64,000 nucleotides of DNA, taken from assembly GCA_044226015.1 (NCBI GenBank), contig JBGAHS010000002.1, positions 465,571 to 529,570 of the forward strand, written 5' to 3'. The DNA comes from Candidatus Obscuribacteraceae bacterium (GTDB lineage Bacteria; Cyanobacteriota; Vampirovibrionia; Obscuribacterales; Obscuribacteraceae). The notes beneath the pieces are model-generated. The model worked only from the letters and a program-made list of their open reading frames with translations. It was not told where the DNA came from and did no database searches. This document shows positions 50,189 to 61,400 of the stretch, in pieces (the first letter of the stretch is position 1; each line of letters starts with the position of its first letter). The position numbers were made by a program, and so were the translations under genes.

Positions 50189-51436
50189 TTAGACAACTCT
50201 CAGATTAGGGATCGGAATTATAAATTTTCCACCCATAGTTCTGAAGTCCTTCTGTTGCTCAAGAATCTCATCGGCAAAATTCCAGGTCAAAAGAACAACA
50301 TAATCAGGTTTGTCACTAATAAGCTTTTCGGTTCCGTAAATCGGCAAATAAGTACCCGGGGTGTAATGACCTTGCTTGACCGTGCTTCGGTCAACCACGT
50401 AATCCACGAGCTGCTTATCTATACCAAAATAATTCATCAAGGTACTGCCTTTTGCTGAGGCACCGTAAACTGCTATGCGCTTGCCTTGAGCCCTCAGATC
50501 TTGCAGCATCCTTAGCAACTCAGACTTCAAATTCTCGACCTTCCTCGAAAAACTTTGATAGTAGCGATCATCAAAAATACCATCATTTTTTTCTTGTTCC
50601 AGCAAGTTTTTCACAGCATCAGACCGGGCTTCCTTCTTCTCTATGAAGAGCCGCAGCGAACCACCATGAATCTCTAGCTGCTCTACCTCGTTGATGAAAA
50701 GCCTATGCGAACTGAACAAACTATCGAGAGCCGTCAGTGAGAAATAGCAAAGATGCTCATGATAAATGGTATCAAACTCGGTATTATCGAGCATGGGCTT
50801 CAAGTAGGGTACTTCAATGACTGCAAGTCCGTCAGCTCGAAGAAATTCGTGTAGCCCAGCAACCAGTCCATTCAAATCTGCAACGTGAGCAAGCACGTTG
50901 TTAGCATGCACAACGTCTGCCTGATGTCCTTGTGCCACTAGCTTGACCGCAAGTTCTTTGCCAAAGAAATCGCAAACAGTATTGATGCCTTTTTGCCGCG
51001 CCATTACAGCAATGTTTTGCGCCGGCTCGATGCCTAAAACATTGATGCCTTCACGCATGTAGTATTGCAAAAGATAGCCATCATTGCTGGCAATTTCGGC
51101 TGCAAGATGCTTGCTAGAGAGCTTTTTCTTCCAGAGCAACTTCATCACTAGCGACTCGGCGCTCTTCAATGTGGTATCAGCAAAAGAAGAACAATACACG
51201 TAATTCGAAAACAGAATTTCCGGCGACACAGTTTCAGTGATCTGCACCAGAGAGCAATCGGAACATCGTACAAGCTTCAAGGGAAAACGTTGTTCAAGAG
51301 CCTTCTCGGAGGGATCCTTCAAAAGCGAATTCGCAAGTGGAGTCTCTCCCAGAGACAATACTTCCTTGAGATTGCTGCCAGAGCATATACGGCAGGTGGT
51401 CTCAGTTTTTGAGGGAGCCGTGGTGCCTTTATTCAT
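50189..51436 (-). CDS. NDP-hexose C-methyltransferase
   Basis: CRIC...C..CSLVQ, EIASNDGYLL, FDTIYHEH, HGGSLR, YGASAKG and WNFADEI motifs. Confidence 0.93.
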   Translation of the reverse strand: MNKGTTAPSKTETTCRICSGSNLKEVLSLGETPLANSLLKDPSEKALEQRFPLKLVRCSDCSLVQITETVSPEILFSNYVYCSSFADTTLKSAESLVMKLLWKKKLSSKHLAAEIASNDGYLLQYYMREGINVLGIEPAQNIAVMARQKGINTVCDFFGKELAVKLVAQGHQADVVHANNVLAHVADLNGLVAGLHEFLRADGLAVIEVPYLKPMLDNTEFDTIYHEHLCYFSLTALDSLFSSHRLFINEVEQLEIHGGSLRLFIEKKEARSDAVKNLLEQEKNDGIFDDRYYQSFSRKVENLKSELLRMLQDLRAQGKRIAVYGASAKGSTLMNYFGIDKQLVDYVVDRSTVKQGHYTPGTYLPIYGTEKLISDKPDYVVLLTWNFADEILEQQKDFRTMGGKFIIPIPNLRVV

Positions 51437-51456
51437 TTGTATAGTCCTACTTGATG

Positions 51457-52017
51457 TTAGCCGCGCATTGCAGCTTCAACTTCCATTAATTCTTTCAAAG
51501 TCGGAGACTTCTCGTCTCTGGCTGACACAACACTTACGGGAAGCGGCCAGACGATGCCGATATCGGGGTCGTCGAATTTGATGCCGCGCGCGTGCTGAGG
51601 AGAATAGATTTGACTCAACATGTAATGCACTTCAGCATTATCAGTAAGTGTTTGATAGCCGTGTGCAAAGCCTTCTGGAATGTAATACATGAGCTGATTC
51701 TCTTCGGAAAGCTCAAAGCCCTGCCACTTTTTGAATGTAGGTGAATTAGGACGCAGATCAACGATAACGTCGTAAATTGCGCCTCTAACACAACGGACCA
51801 ACTTAGTTTCAGCATACGGGGGAAGTTGGAAATGCATTCCTCTGACTGTTCCTTTCGTCTTATTGAAAGAACTGCTGGTCTGCCTGATTTGCGCATTCAA
51901 TCCATGCGCTTCAAAATCTGGAATCGCAAAGGTGGTTGCAAAATAACCACGATTGTCTTCGATCTTTTCTATTTGTACAGTGAATGCGTCTTTGAGGCTT
52001 ATTTCTTTGAAAATCAT
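51457..52017 (-). CDS. rfbC: dTDP-4-dehydrorhamnose 3,5-epimerase family
   Basis: DNRGYF, GTVRGMHFQ, KLVRCVRGAIYDV and IPEGFAHGYQTL motifs. Confidence 0.92.
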   Translation of the reverse strand: MIFKEISLKDAFTVQIEKIEDNRGYFATTFAIPDFEAHGLNAQIRQTSSSFNKTKGTVRGMHFQLPPYAETKLVRCVRGAIYDVIVDLRPNSPTFKKWQGFELSEENQLMYYIPEGFAHGYQTLTDNAEVHYMLSQIYSPQHARGIKFDDPDIGIVWPLPVSVVSARDEKSPTLKELMEVEAAMRG

Positions 52018-52156
52018 ATGGAATGCGTCGACAGGGAAAAAACTATAGTTTGATGGTAGTCTAAGGTCTTGCCGTGCAGAAACGCCGCCTCAGCGGGTTA
52101 AACGTGCTTAAGTCGTAAATCTGAAGCAAGTAAACGCGGCTTACGGGAGCAGAATA

Positions 52157-53164
52157 ATGAAGAGTTTCTGGACTGACAGACGGGTGCTAATCACCGGTGC
52201 CACGGGGCTATTGGGTTCATGGCTCACGAGAAGACTGATCGACAGCGGCGCTGAGCCAGTTTGCCTCGTTCGTGACTGGGTTCCACAGAGCGAATTATCC
52301 CGCGCTGGACTAATGGACCGTTGCCGAGTGGTTCGCGGCGAACTTTGTGACCTGGAGTTTATTGAACGAGTTTTAGCAGAGTACGAAATTGAGACTGTTT
52401 TCAATTTGGCTGCTCAAACTATCGTAACAATCGCCAATGCAAGTCCGTTGTCTACATTTGAATCTAATGTTCGTGGCACATGGGTTTTACTCGAAGCTTG
52501 CCGCCGGGTTCCATTCGTAAAACAAATAGTGACGGCATCTTCGGACAAAGCATACGGTGAGCAGAAGATACTTCCATATACAGAAAATATGCCACTTCAA
52601 GGGCAGCATCCCTATGACGTAAGCAAGTCATGTGCAGATTTGATTGCGCATTCTTTTGCACACAGCTACGGAGTGCCTGTAGCTATAACCAGATGCGGCA
52701 ATTTCTACGGTGGTGGAGATCTGAATTGGAATCGCATCGTCCCCGGCACTATTCGGTCAGTCTGTCGTGACGAAGCACCAATCATTCGCTCGGATGGAAA
52801 GTTTCTGCGTGACTACATTTATGTCGAAGATGGGGCTTACGCCTGCATGTTGCTCGCCGAAAAAATGGCAGAGAACCCAAAGCTGGCTGGAGAAGCGTTC
52901 AACTTCTCAACCGAGTCACCGCTCACAGTAATGGAACTCGTAGAAAAAATTCTTCGACTGATGGGCTCAAAGCTAGAGCCTCAAATTCTTTCAAAAGCCA
53001 GCAATGAAATCAGAGACCAATATCTCTGCAGCGAAAAAGCCATCAAGCTGCTTGGCTGGAAACCACAGTACAAAGTGGATGAGGCTTTACTAAAAACTAT
53101 TGATTGGTATCGCGAATTTTTCAACAGCGAAAAAAACGTGCCCGGATTAGCTCAACTCGTGTAG
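52157..53164 (+). CDS. NDP-sugar 4,6-dehydratase (CDP-glucose 4,6-dehydratase-like)
   Basis: [27 protein letters not shown] and GNFYGGGD motifs. Confidence 0.88.
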   Translation: MKSFWTDRRVLITGATGLLGSWLTRRLIDSGAEPVCLVRDWVPQSELSRAGLMDRCRVVRGELCDLEFIERVLAEYEIETVFNLAAQTIVTIANASPLSTFESNVRGTWVLLEACRRVPFVKQIVTASSDKAYGEQKILPYTENMPLQGQHPYDVSKSCADLIAHSFAHSYGVPVAITRCGNFYGGGDLNWNRIVPGTIRSVCRDEAPIIRSDGKFLRDYIYVEDGAYACMLLAEKMAENPKLAGEAFNFSTESPLTVMELVEKILRLMGSKLEPQILSKASNEIRDQYLCSEKAIKLLGWKPQYKVDEALLKTIDWYREFFNSEKNVPGLAQLV

Positions 53165-53170
53165 CCTCGC

Positions 53171-56029
53171 ATGCTTTCCGAAAAGCGCAAATCAACCTTA
53201 GCTATGATGCTTGTTATGGGCAGCATAGCGGCGTTTTTCTATAAGACCGTTTTTTTGGGAAAACCCCTGGCAAAGCTAGGACTTCTGCCCTCGCTTGATG
53301 CGATGTTTAACCCATCCCTGAGAAAAGCGATAATCGAATTCAAAGATCCATCAGGCTATCTTATTTTCTTTCCCAATGGATTTTTCGAAGAAAGCATGTG
53401 GTCGCGCCTCGTTATACCAATGTGGAACCCGCTTGTTGGCTGCGGTTACCCGCTGTTTGGCGACCCTCAATCATTCCTATTTTCTCCGGCTCATCTCTTG
53501 GGACTGTTCTCCAGCCCTGATATGTACAACCTGGGATTAGTACTTGAGATAGCACTCGGCGGAGCAGGCATGGTGGTGCTCAGCCGATTCCTAAAGCTAT
53601 CACTGCCTGCAAGCGTACTGGCGTCCCTGGCATTTGCTTTGACACCACGGGTACTGGCACAAGTTGACATAGGCGGAAACGAGTGTTTCTGCCCCTGGAT
53701 ATTCCTGGCATTCTTCTGGCTTGCCGCCAAGCCTGGTTTGCTCAGAGCCGCGCTGGCAGGTCTGGCAGCTTCGCTGCTCGCCTTTTCTGCGCATCCAGAA
53801 ACGGTATTTTTTGAAGTGTTTTTTTCAGCGATGCTGTCATTTTTCACAATGGCGATTGCCGATACTAACAGCACAGACAGTCGATTAACACTGCTAGCAA
53901 AAATTGCAAGAGCATCAGCGCGCGCATTAGGACTGCTTATGGTATCAGCTGTAGTATCAGTCACCGTGGCGTCACCGCTGCTCTTACCCTTTGCCGAGTT
54001 TTTGCGACACGCAACTTTATACAAAGAAAGTGCTGGCGATGGTTCAAGTGGCAGCAATCTCAAAGAATACATGCAGGGCTTTTATTTTGGCTTCGGACGT
54101 GAACCGTTTTTTCTTGGCTCGATAACTGCGCTTTTGTTTCCCCTGGGAGCTTTCGCACCGTACAAGCGAGCACTGCCGCTCATGCTCTGCGCATTATTTG
54201 GATTCATCATCTGCGTTCCACAGGGATTTGTTCTCGATTTTATTTCGCAAAAACCAATCAGTTACGTTAACACCATATACGCCATTCCTCCTCTTCTGCT
54301 TGTGCTTTCCTTACTAGCCGGCATGGGTCTTGATGCACTCTCTGAAAAGCACTCCAAGAAAAAAACGCTGGCATTTTTTATAGTTCTATTTCTGAGCCTA
54401 ATTCTCTGCGCTGCTTATCCAATTTATGAACAAGAGAGACAAATGGCCTCTCATGACCTCGCCTTGCTCTGGAAGAATGCACGTAATGCTCTTACTGCCA
54501 CTTCAATCTTTGCCACAATTGCTGCCGTTCTCTGCATTCTGCTCGTAAAAGCGCAGAAATTCAGAACCATTGCAATCATGGTCCTGGTAAGTTTGAACTT
54601 TGCCAGCCTGGCGATGATGTGCAGAAACATACTGCCTGTGAATCCGAAGTTCGATTTCACAGCCCCAGCACCTCTGGCATATTTGCGCGATCAAAACGCG
54701 AGGACCGTCTGCACCGGTACAAACTTCCTCCTGCCGAATTCCAATGCCGACTTCGGACTTCAGGATATTCGCTGTTTCAGCCCGCTTCTACCTACCCGCT
54801 ACATGAGGTTCATCCGCGCCTGCAATGCGCAGGTTTATAATCTCTACTTCTATGCATTTCCCGATAACTGCTCACGCCTTTTAGACCTCGCAAGTGTGAA
54901 ATACATTTGCACCCGAAATGGCATCAAAGGATATGATGACCTTATGGACCCGGCGCTAAAGTTAGATGCCCCAACAGGAATGCGCATTTTACCTGGCTTG
55001 CGCATCAGTGAAAGTTCCTACTATTTTGACTCCGAAAATTCCCAACTAGATATTCACCTGAAATGGAAAGTACACGACAATTGCAATAACAGGTACTCCA
55101 CTCAGTTTGTTGTGTTAGACAAGAGCGGAAAAGAACTCTGGTCAAGCAAAGAATTCATCAGTGCCCCGGCAGATAGCAAAGGGCATTATCGCGACGACAA
55201 TACATCAATTCCTATAGCACAGAATGCAGAGCTTCCTGCACGGCTCTGCTTGCGAGTCACTGACACTTGGATTTCACAGGCTATCGAACCCGATGCAATG
55301 TGCAAAAGCATTAAGCACTTGTTCTTACTCTGCGAACTGCCCAAAGTGAAAGCTCAGAGCAAGATTCCAAAACACTTCAGACTAGCTCGCGAATTCACTG
55401 CAAACTCCTGCCGAATTTACGAAAACCAGAAAGCCCTTCCCCCAGCCTATCTAATCTTCAATGCTAAGCACCACAAACGCAATGACGAAGGTTTGTTGAA
55501 AGAACTGGATGCAGAGGGCTTCAACCCACAATCAACCGTATTACTAGAAGACTCAACAAGCGAAGCAGAAGCTAATGCTAAGAACCAAACGGAAGAAACA
55601 TCGCCTCGTCGCTTACAGCCCTTGGAACTGAAGCGCATTGATTGCAACACACTACTGATTACTTGCGAAGCACCAGAAGACGCTTATCTGGTACAAACTG
55701 ACAATTTCTATCCAGGGTGGAAATGCTTTGTCGATGGAAAAAATACAGAGATCATTCAAGCCAACTATCTGTTCCGAGCTATTCGCCTTGGCAAAGGCAA
55801 GCATGAAATCAGATTCGCATTCATGCCCACCGGCTTTTTTGGCAGCATCTGTGTTTCGCTGACTCTTATTGCTGCAATAGCAACACTGGCTTTTGTCAAC
55901 AGAAGAAAATTGTTTACCAGTGATAATGAATCTTCAGCTCATCTGGCTAGCGAAAGCTCAATGACAAACTCTCCAAATCAAAAGGACACAGACTCTGCAC
56001 AAACTGCGCAGACACCACAGATTGAATGA
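53171..56029 (+). CDS. YfhO-family GT-C membrane glycosyltransferase
   Basis: PMWNPLVGCGYPL motif, many TMs, C-terminal YPGWKCFVDG...ANYLFRAI..GKGKHEIRF. Confidence 0.88.
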   Translation: MLSEKRKSTLAMMLVMGSIAAFFYKTVFLGKPLAKLGLLPSLDAMFNPSLRKAIIEFKDPSGYLIFFPNGFFEESMWSRLVIPMWNPLVGCGYPLFGDPQSFLFSPAHLLGLFSSPDMYNLGLVLEIALGGAGMVVLSRFLKLSLPASVLASLAFALTPRVLAQVDIGGNECFCPWIFLAFFWLAAKPGLLRAALAGLAASLLAFSAHPETVFFEVFFSAMLSFFTMAIADTNSTDSRLTLLAKIARASARALGLLMVSAVVSVTVASPLLLPFAEFLRHATLYKESAGDGSSGSNLKEYMQGFYFGFGREPFFLGSITALLFPLGAFAPYKRALPLMLCALFGFIICVPQGFVLDFISQKPISYVNTIYAIPPLLLVLSLLAGMGLDALSEKHSKKKTLAFFIVLFLSLILCAAYPIYEQERQMASHDLALLWKNARNALTATSIFATIAAVLCILLVKAQKFRTIAIMVLVSLNFASLAMMCRNILPVNPKFDFTAPAPLAYLRDQNARTVCTGTNFLLPNSNADFGLQDIRCFSPLLPTRYMRFIRACNAQVYNLYFYAFPDNCSRLLDLASVKYICTRNGIKGYDDLMDPALKLDAPTGMRILPGLRISESSYYFDSENSQLDIHLKWKVHDNCNNRYSTQFVVLDKSGKELWSSKEFISAPADSKGHYRDDNTSIPIAQNAELPARLCLRVTDTWISQAIEPDAMCKSIKHLFLLCELPKVKAQSKIPKHFRLAREFTANSCRIYENQKALPPAYLIFNAKHHKRNDEGLLKELDAEGFNPQSTVLLEDSTSEAEANAKNQTEETSPRRLQPLELKRIDCNTLLITCEAPEDAYLVQTDNFYPGWKCFVDGKNTEIIQANYLFRAIRLGKGKHEIRFAFMPTGFFGSICVSLTLIAAIATLAFVNRRKLFTSDNESSAHLASESSMTNSPNQKDTDSAQTAQTPQIE

Positions 56030-56095
56030 AGATATCCGATAATCAGACAGACAGACAAAACACCAAACTTAAGCGTCAAAACGACAAAGGCCGAA

Positions 56096-57244
56096 ATGGA
56101 AGCGACAATAACACCGATAGTTTCAATCGTAATGATTGCCTACAACGACGGGCGGTATATCGCTGACATTCTAAATAGCATTCTGGCACAGACCTTTTCA
56201 AACTTTGAAATTATTCTGATAGACAACTCTTCAACAGACAACACAGCTGAAGTCATAGCAGGTTTTTCCGACCCGCGCCTACGCTCCTTCAGAAATGAGA
56301 ACGTCGGATTAAGTGAGGGCTACAACATCGGTATTGCAAAAGCACGAGGCGAATACATTGCCATCTCTAATGCCGACGATTTGTGGAAAGCTCAGAAACT
56401 CGAAAAACAACTTGAGCTAATGCAGGACGAAAGCGTAGGCGTCGTTTTTTGCACCGCAGATCTCATAGACGACAACGGCAGACAACTCTCTGATGAAGAG
56501 GCTAAAAACTATCCCTTCAACTTCGAAAACAGAACGAGCGAAGAGAACTACCAGCGTCTATTTTTCAATTCAAACTACTTCTGCGCACCTAGCGCTCTCA
56601 TTAGAAAGGAGCTTCTACAGCAGCGCCCATTTGATGCAATGCTGATTCAATTACAAGACTTCGAAATGTGGTTACACCTGGTGCAGAAGAAGGCGTTCAA
56701 AACCGTGCAAGAATCCTGCTTCCAATACCGAGTCAGGCTCGATGGATCAAATCTGAGCTTGAGCCAGAAAAACAAAAGTCGAGTAGCTTTTGAGCTGGGA
56801 ATAGTCTATCGCCATTTCTTCGATAATGTAGACCAGAACTTCTTCAAACGTGCATTTGCCAGCCACCTTCGCAACCCTGACTTCAACAGCACAGAAGAAC
56901 TAGAGTTTGAAAAGGGCTTCCTCTATCTAAAGATGCAACACCCCGCAATTTACGCTCTTGGTCTTGAAAAACTCTACGAGCTAATGTCAAATCCAACAAG
57001 CAGAAAATTTGGCGAAGAAAGATACAAAATCAAAATGAGAGATGTCTGGGAACAGGCTCTGCTGCCAGTCTACAACGACCCAGCTCAGTTCCACGAAACG
57101 GTCAATCAGCTTGAGCGCCTAAACGCCGAGCTAAAATGCGCACAAAATGAATTGGCTCAAGTCAAATCGACGATGAATGCTATCACCAGTGGAAAGTTCT
57201 GGAAATTAAGAGAAAAGGTTTACAGACTGCTGGGAAAATCTTGA
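56096..57244 (+). CDS. GT2 glycosyltransferase with a C-terminal coiled coil and SGKFWK helix
   Basis: VSIVMIAYN, DNSSTD, ARGEYIA..ADDLW and QDFEMW motifs. Confidence 0.92.
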   Translation: MEATITPIVSIVMIAYNDGRYIADILNSILAQTFSNFEIILIDNSSTDNTAEVIAGFSDPRLRSFRNENVGLSEGYNIGIAKARGEYIAISNADDLWKAQKLEKQLELMQDESVGVVFCTADLIDDNGRQLSDEEAKNYPFNFENRTSEENYQRLFFNSNYFCAPSALIRKELLQQRPFDAMLIQLQDFEMWLHLVQKKAFKTVQESCFQYRVRLDGSNLSLSQKNKSRVAFELGIVYRHFFDNVDQNFFKRAFASHLRNPDFNSTEELEFEKGFLYLKMQHPAIYALGLEKLYELMSNPTSRKFGEERYKIKMRDVWEQALLPVYNDPAQFHETVNQLERLNAELKCAQNELAQVKSTMNAITSGKFWKLREKVYRLLGKS

Positions 57245-57299
57245 CAAGCCCATCTACAGTCAGCGCCAATCAGAGCCTTCAGGCTACGGCGCAGCCCTA

Positions 57300-58235
57300 C
57301 TAGCGCGCCATTTGGGGCGGGCGGCTCTTTCCTTTGCGCCACCATTCCATACTCAGACGCAATCCATCTTCCAGACTATACTCAGGTTTGAATTTCAATT
57401 CATCCCTTAAGCGGGTAATATCCGCCACTACAAGCGGTGCCTCATCCTGCTCGATCTTTGCAAGATCATGATCTAACAAATACTCTTTATCAATTAACTT
57501 TCCGATCAATTGCGTCAGGTTCTTTATGCTAATAGATTCTCCCGAAGCTATATTGACGGCTCCTTGAACGCGAGAATTCAGCAACATAGTGAACGCTCTT
57601 GCCACATCGTTCACATACATGAAGTCCCGCTCTTGCGATCCTTCACTACAATGAGCAACCTCATCTGAGAGTAATGCATTAATGACGTATGGAATGACTC
57701 GACGCTTGTCTTCTCCCGGTCCATAAAGCCAGAAAATTCTTCCCCACGCAAATTCTACACCAGACATAGTGGCATTTTGCTGAGCCGTCTGAAATAGACT
57801 TGATTTACACTGCCCATAGAGAGTAGCAGCATTCAAAGGACTGCTCTCAGACAGCCGACCCGATTCCCAGTCATATTCAGCACAACTACCCGCCCCAACA
57901 AATCGCTTTCCGCCCGACTCCGTAAAAATTTTTAGTAAGTGGACGCTGCCACGCAACCATTCCCAATTCAGTCGTGAGTCCCAGAATTTGCCGGGCTCCG
58001 TATACCAGGCTAGGTGCAGCAACTGAGTACACCCTAAATGTCCAATTACCGAACTAACTTCCTTTGGCTCAAGCAAATTGACTCTATGCCAGTTCAGTCG
58101 ATCTCTCTGAGGCAAGGAAGATTGCTTCTGCTCATTGTTGTAGAGCGCATGAATGGTGTAACCAGCTTCCAGTAAGTGCTCAATACAGTGCTTACCAATA
58201 AACCCGTTAGCGCCTGTCAGTATGACTGATTCCAC
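57300..58235 (-). CDS. NAD-dependent sugar epimerase/reductase
   Basis: TGANGFIG, HLAW, GSCAEY, YGQCK and RDFMYV motifs. Confidence 0.9.
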   Translation of the reverse strand: MESVILTGANGFIGKHCIEHLLEAGYTIHALYNNEQKQSSLPQRDRLNWHRVNLLEPKEVSSVIGHLGCTQLLHLAWYTEPGKFWDSRLNWEWLRGSVHLLKIFTESGGKRFVGAGSCAEYDWESGRLSESSPLNAATLYGQCKSSLFQTAQQNATMSGVEFAWGRIFWLYGPGEDKRRVIPYVINALLSDEVAHCSEGSQERDFMYVNDVARAFTMLLNSRVQGAVNIASGESISIKNLTQLIGKLIDKEYLLDHDLAKIEQDEAPLVVADITRLRDELKFKPEYSLEDGLRLSMEWWRKGKSRPPQMAR

Positions 58236-58408
58236 TGTTCATCCTTTCAGATTATCTTCCAGGGACTCCAAAGCCATTACTTTAACAGAAAGAGCCCATT
58301 AAAAGGCATATACCCTCTACAGTCCACGATCATGCAGAAAGCAAATAGCCTGCCTAGCAAGATATTCCTGAGCCACGACTCAAAAACCGGATAGTACAGA
58401 AGACACTA

Positions 58409-58435
58409 AGAGCCCCCACTTTAAGTAGGGGCTCT
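58409..58435 (-). terminator. Hairpin downstream of the giant Gly-rich gene (possible terminator)
   Basis: AGAGCCCC/GGGGCTCT stem; weak U-tract. Confidence 0.55.
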
Positions 58436-58459
58436 CCAGAGTTTGAAATAGATGCAGAA

Positions 58460-61400
58460 CTAGTTCAGATATCCTTTGAATTGACCTTTACGAGAAGTCA
58501 AAACATGCAGCACGGCAGCATTCTTAGCTATTCTAGCGTGCAAGCGCCTCTCTTCGGGGCTTCCAGAAGTCGAAAGCCTCTTCAAGACCGGCAGATGCGT
58601 ATATGCCGAAGGTATTGAGTAATCACTTACAAGCACACGACTGCCATTTTTCGTGCTCGTTTCAGTCTGGCTGCGCACTGCAAGATTGGGCAACGGGGTG
58701 ATGTCTTTCCAAGAACGTTTATCACTTGCCTGACTAACCACAAGCTGCTCTCCAGCTCGCAGATGGAATTCCTGTCCATCGACCAGAACTGCAATATCAC
58801 CATTTGCAGAATCATGAAGCCCTAGAACCGCGAATTGCTCTCCTTTCGAGATTAAGAAAGCAGCAGCTCCTTTTGCAACATAAACACGCGATTTTCCGAT
58901 GCTAGCATTGCTTTCATGCGACTCAGAGCCGAGCAGCACGTTTTCAAACGGCAAACTCTCATCCTGAATTGTAAGTCCAGCATTTTGCACGAAGGCTACT
59001 GGTCTAAAATTCGCAGCTCGAGATGATTTGAGATACTCAATTCGTTCTCTCATCTGCGGAAGCGCAGCAATATTTCTTCTGCTCTGGCGCTTAAGAGGAC
59101 GCCAGAAATCAGAATTGTCATCGGAGTCGTCCATTGTGGTGCGCACCGCTCCGGCAGCTCCGTTAAAGCCAGGACCGCCATTGCTACCTGAGACACCCGA
59201 TGGGAATCCTGACCCTCCACTGCCTCCAGAACCGAAATTTGGAGAAGCGAGGCCAAAAGACACAACAGCTAATGATGCTGAAGCAGTTGGAATGACTACC
59301 ACTCCACCGTTGCCCCCCGAGCCAGCGTTGCCGCCGTTGCCTCCATTGCCACCCTTGGAAATCGACCCAGAGCCGCCTCCGCCACCACTGGCACCGTCAC
59401 CACCGGCGCTTCCGATGGCATTAATAGTGATACCTGGTCCAGCGGAAATCTTACCACTGACCACAAATACACCACCGTTGCCTCCGCGCCCCCCGGTTCC
59501 ACCGACTCCACCGATAGCCCCAGATGGACCCGAACCTCCAGCTCCACCAGTCGCGGCAGTTCCAGCAACCCCACCATTAGCCAGGAGGTTACCGTTCAGG
59601 GTCAATGTTCCGCTCTTTCCAGGGTTAAGCGTTACGTTCCCCCCGGTACCACCGGTGCCACCATTACCTCCTCTGCCGCCGACACCACCTGATGTGAGTG
59701 CGCCAACACCGCCGTTGCCTCCGATGGAAGCATCCCCTCCAAGACCGCCACTCGCATCAAACGAAAATGTATTTATGTCGGCATTAGTTGAGAATGTTAC
59801 GTTGCCGCCGTTGCCTCCAGCACTTCCGGCACTTCCAGAACCTCCGGCTCCGCCTAGACCGGCGGTGCCATCACCCCCAGCTCCAGCCGTAGCAGCCCCG
59901 AGCGCACCAAATCCACCCGTGTTTGTGACAGTAAACACCGTGATTTTCCCTGTGGTGCTTGTTACATTAATGATACCACCTAAGCCACCAGCACCCGAGG
60001 TCAAAACCGCACCACCAGCGCCACCACGAATACCCGTTTGACCAGCTCCAGCACCTCCAGCGATGACACCAGCCCTGCCTCCGGCCGCTTCCAGATCAAT
60101 ACTTGAAATAATTCCTGTAGTCGTCTTATAAGTTATTGTTCCGCCCTTCCCACCGGCACCAACTCCAAGATATGCACCACCAGCACCACCTGTCGAAGTG
60201 GCGACCAAACCGGAATTACCACCGGCTCCGCCTACGGAGTCAGAATTTCCTGAGGCTCCACCCACAGCTTCAACGGCACCAGTAGCAATCTTGCCAGTAG
60301 TAGTAGTGATTGACAAAATTCCGCCGGCGCCACCATTGCCAGTTCGACCGGAAGCCCCTCCAGCACCGCCGGAGCCGCTACTAATGGAATCACCACCAGC
60401 ACCACCTGAAGAGGAAGGCGCCTGACTACCACCACTACCACCTGAGACATCCAAGTTTGCTGTTCCGCCGAAACCTACAGTAGTCAGGGAAATTGTGAGA
60501 GTCCCACCTTTGCCACCCGCACCACCATTGCCGGCTGAACCTCCAGCGCCTCCGGTTCCCTGATTGGATATACCACCGTCTCCACCGATGAAGACACCTC
60601 CACCGCCGGCGCCACCGGTTGCATTGACAGTGGTAATGTCTGGCGCTCCGAGAGCCAAAATAGTGATGGAACCGCCAGCACCACCAACTCCCCCAGAGCC
60701 GCCTGCCGAACCAGCAGCGGCATTGCCTTTCTCTACACTACCTGCACTACCGCCATCTGGTGTAGATGAAGGACCTAGACCAGTGGAACTGCCGACTCCG
60801 CCAGACGCATCCAATGAACTAGAGGGCATTCCAGTGAGACTTCCTTTCAGAGCACTGATTTTGATGGTACCGCCAGCGCCACCAGCGGCACCAGCACTAC
60901 CGGCGCCACCAGTTGTAGCTTTAGCGCCCGAAGGCGTCAAAAAGCCACTATTGCCTCCGTCGCCACCCCGTCCTAGAATCTGCCCTGCGGCACCGCCAAC
61001 ACTGCTGATGGTCACACTGCTTAAGCCATCCACACTTGAGACATTGGACTTAGTAGAAGTGATAGTGACAAGTCCTCCAGCACCTCCAGCACCGGCGCTT
61101 GAGGCTGCGCTACCATTGGCAGCACTACCAGTCGGATTGACCACGTTACCGCCATCGCCACCCCTTCCGGCGGCGTCACCACCAGCTCCTCCTGAAGCGA
61201 ATATGCTGCCCAGCGAAACCGTAGAAAGAGCAGTCAATGTGACACTACCAGCACTGCCGCCTTTTCCCGCAGCTTGGGAAGTTCCAGCAACGCCACCAGC
61301 ATTGTTTCCATTACCACCATCGCCAGCATCGTTGTTTGCGCCGCCAATTCCTCCCGATGTGTTTATGGTATCAAGAATGAGTGTTCCTGCTCCAGTGTTA

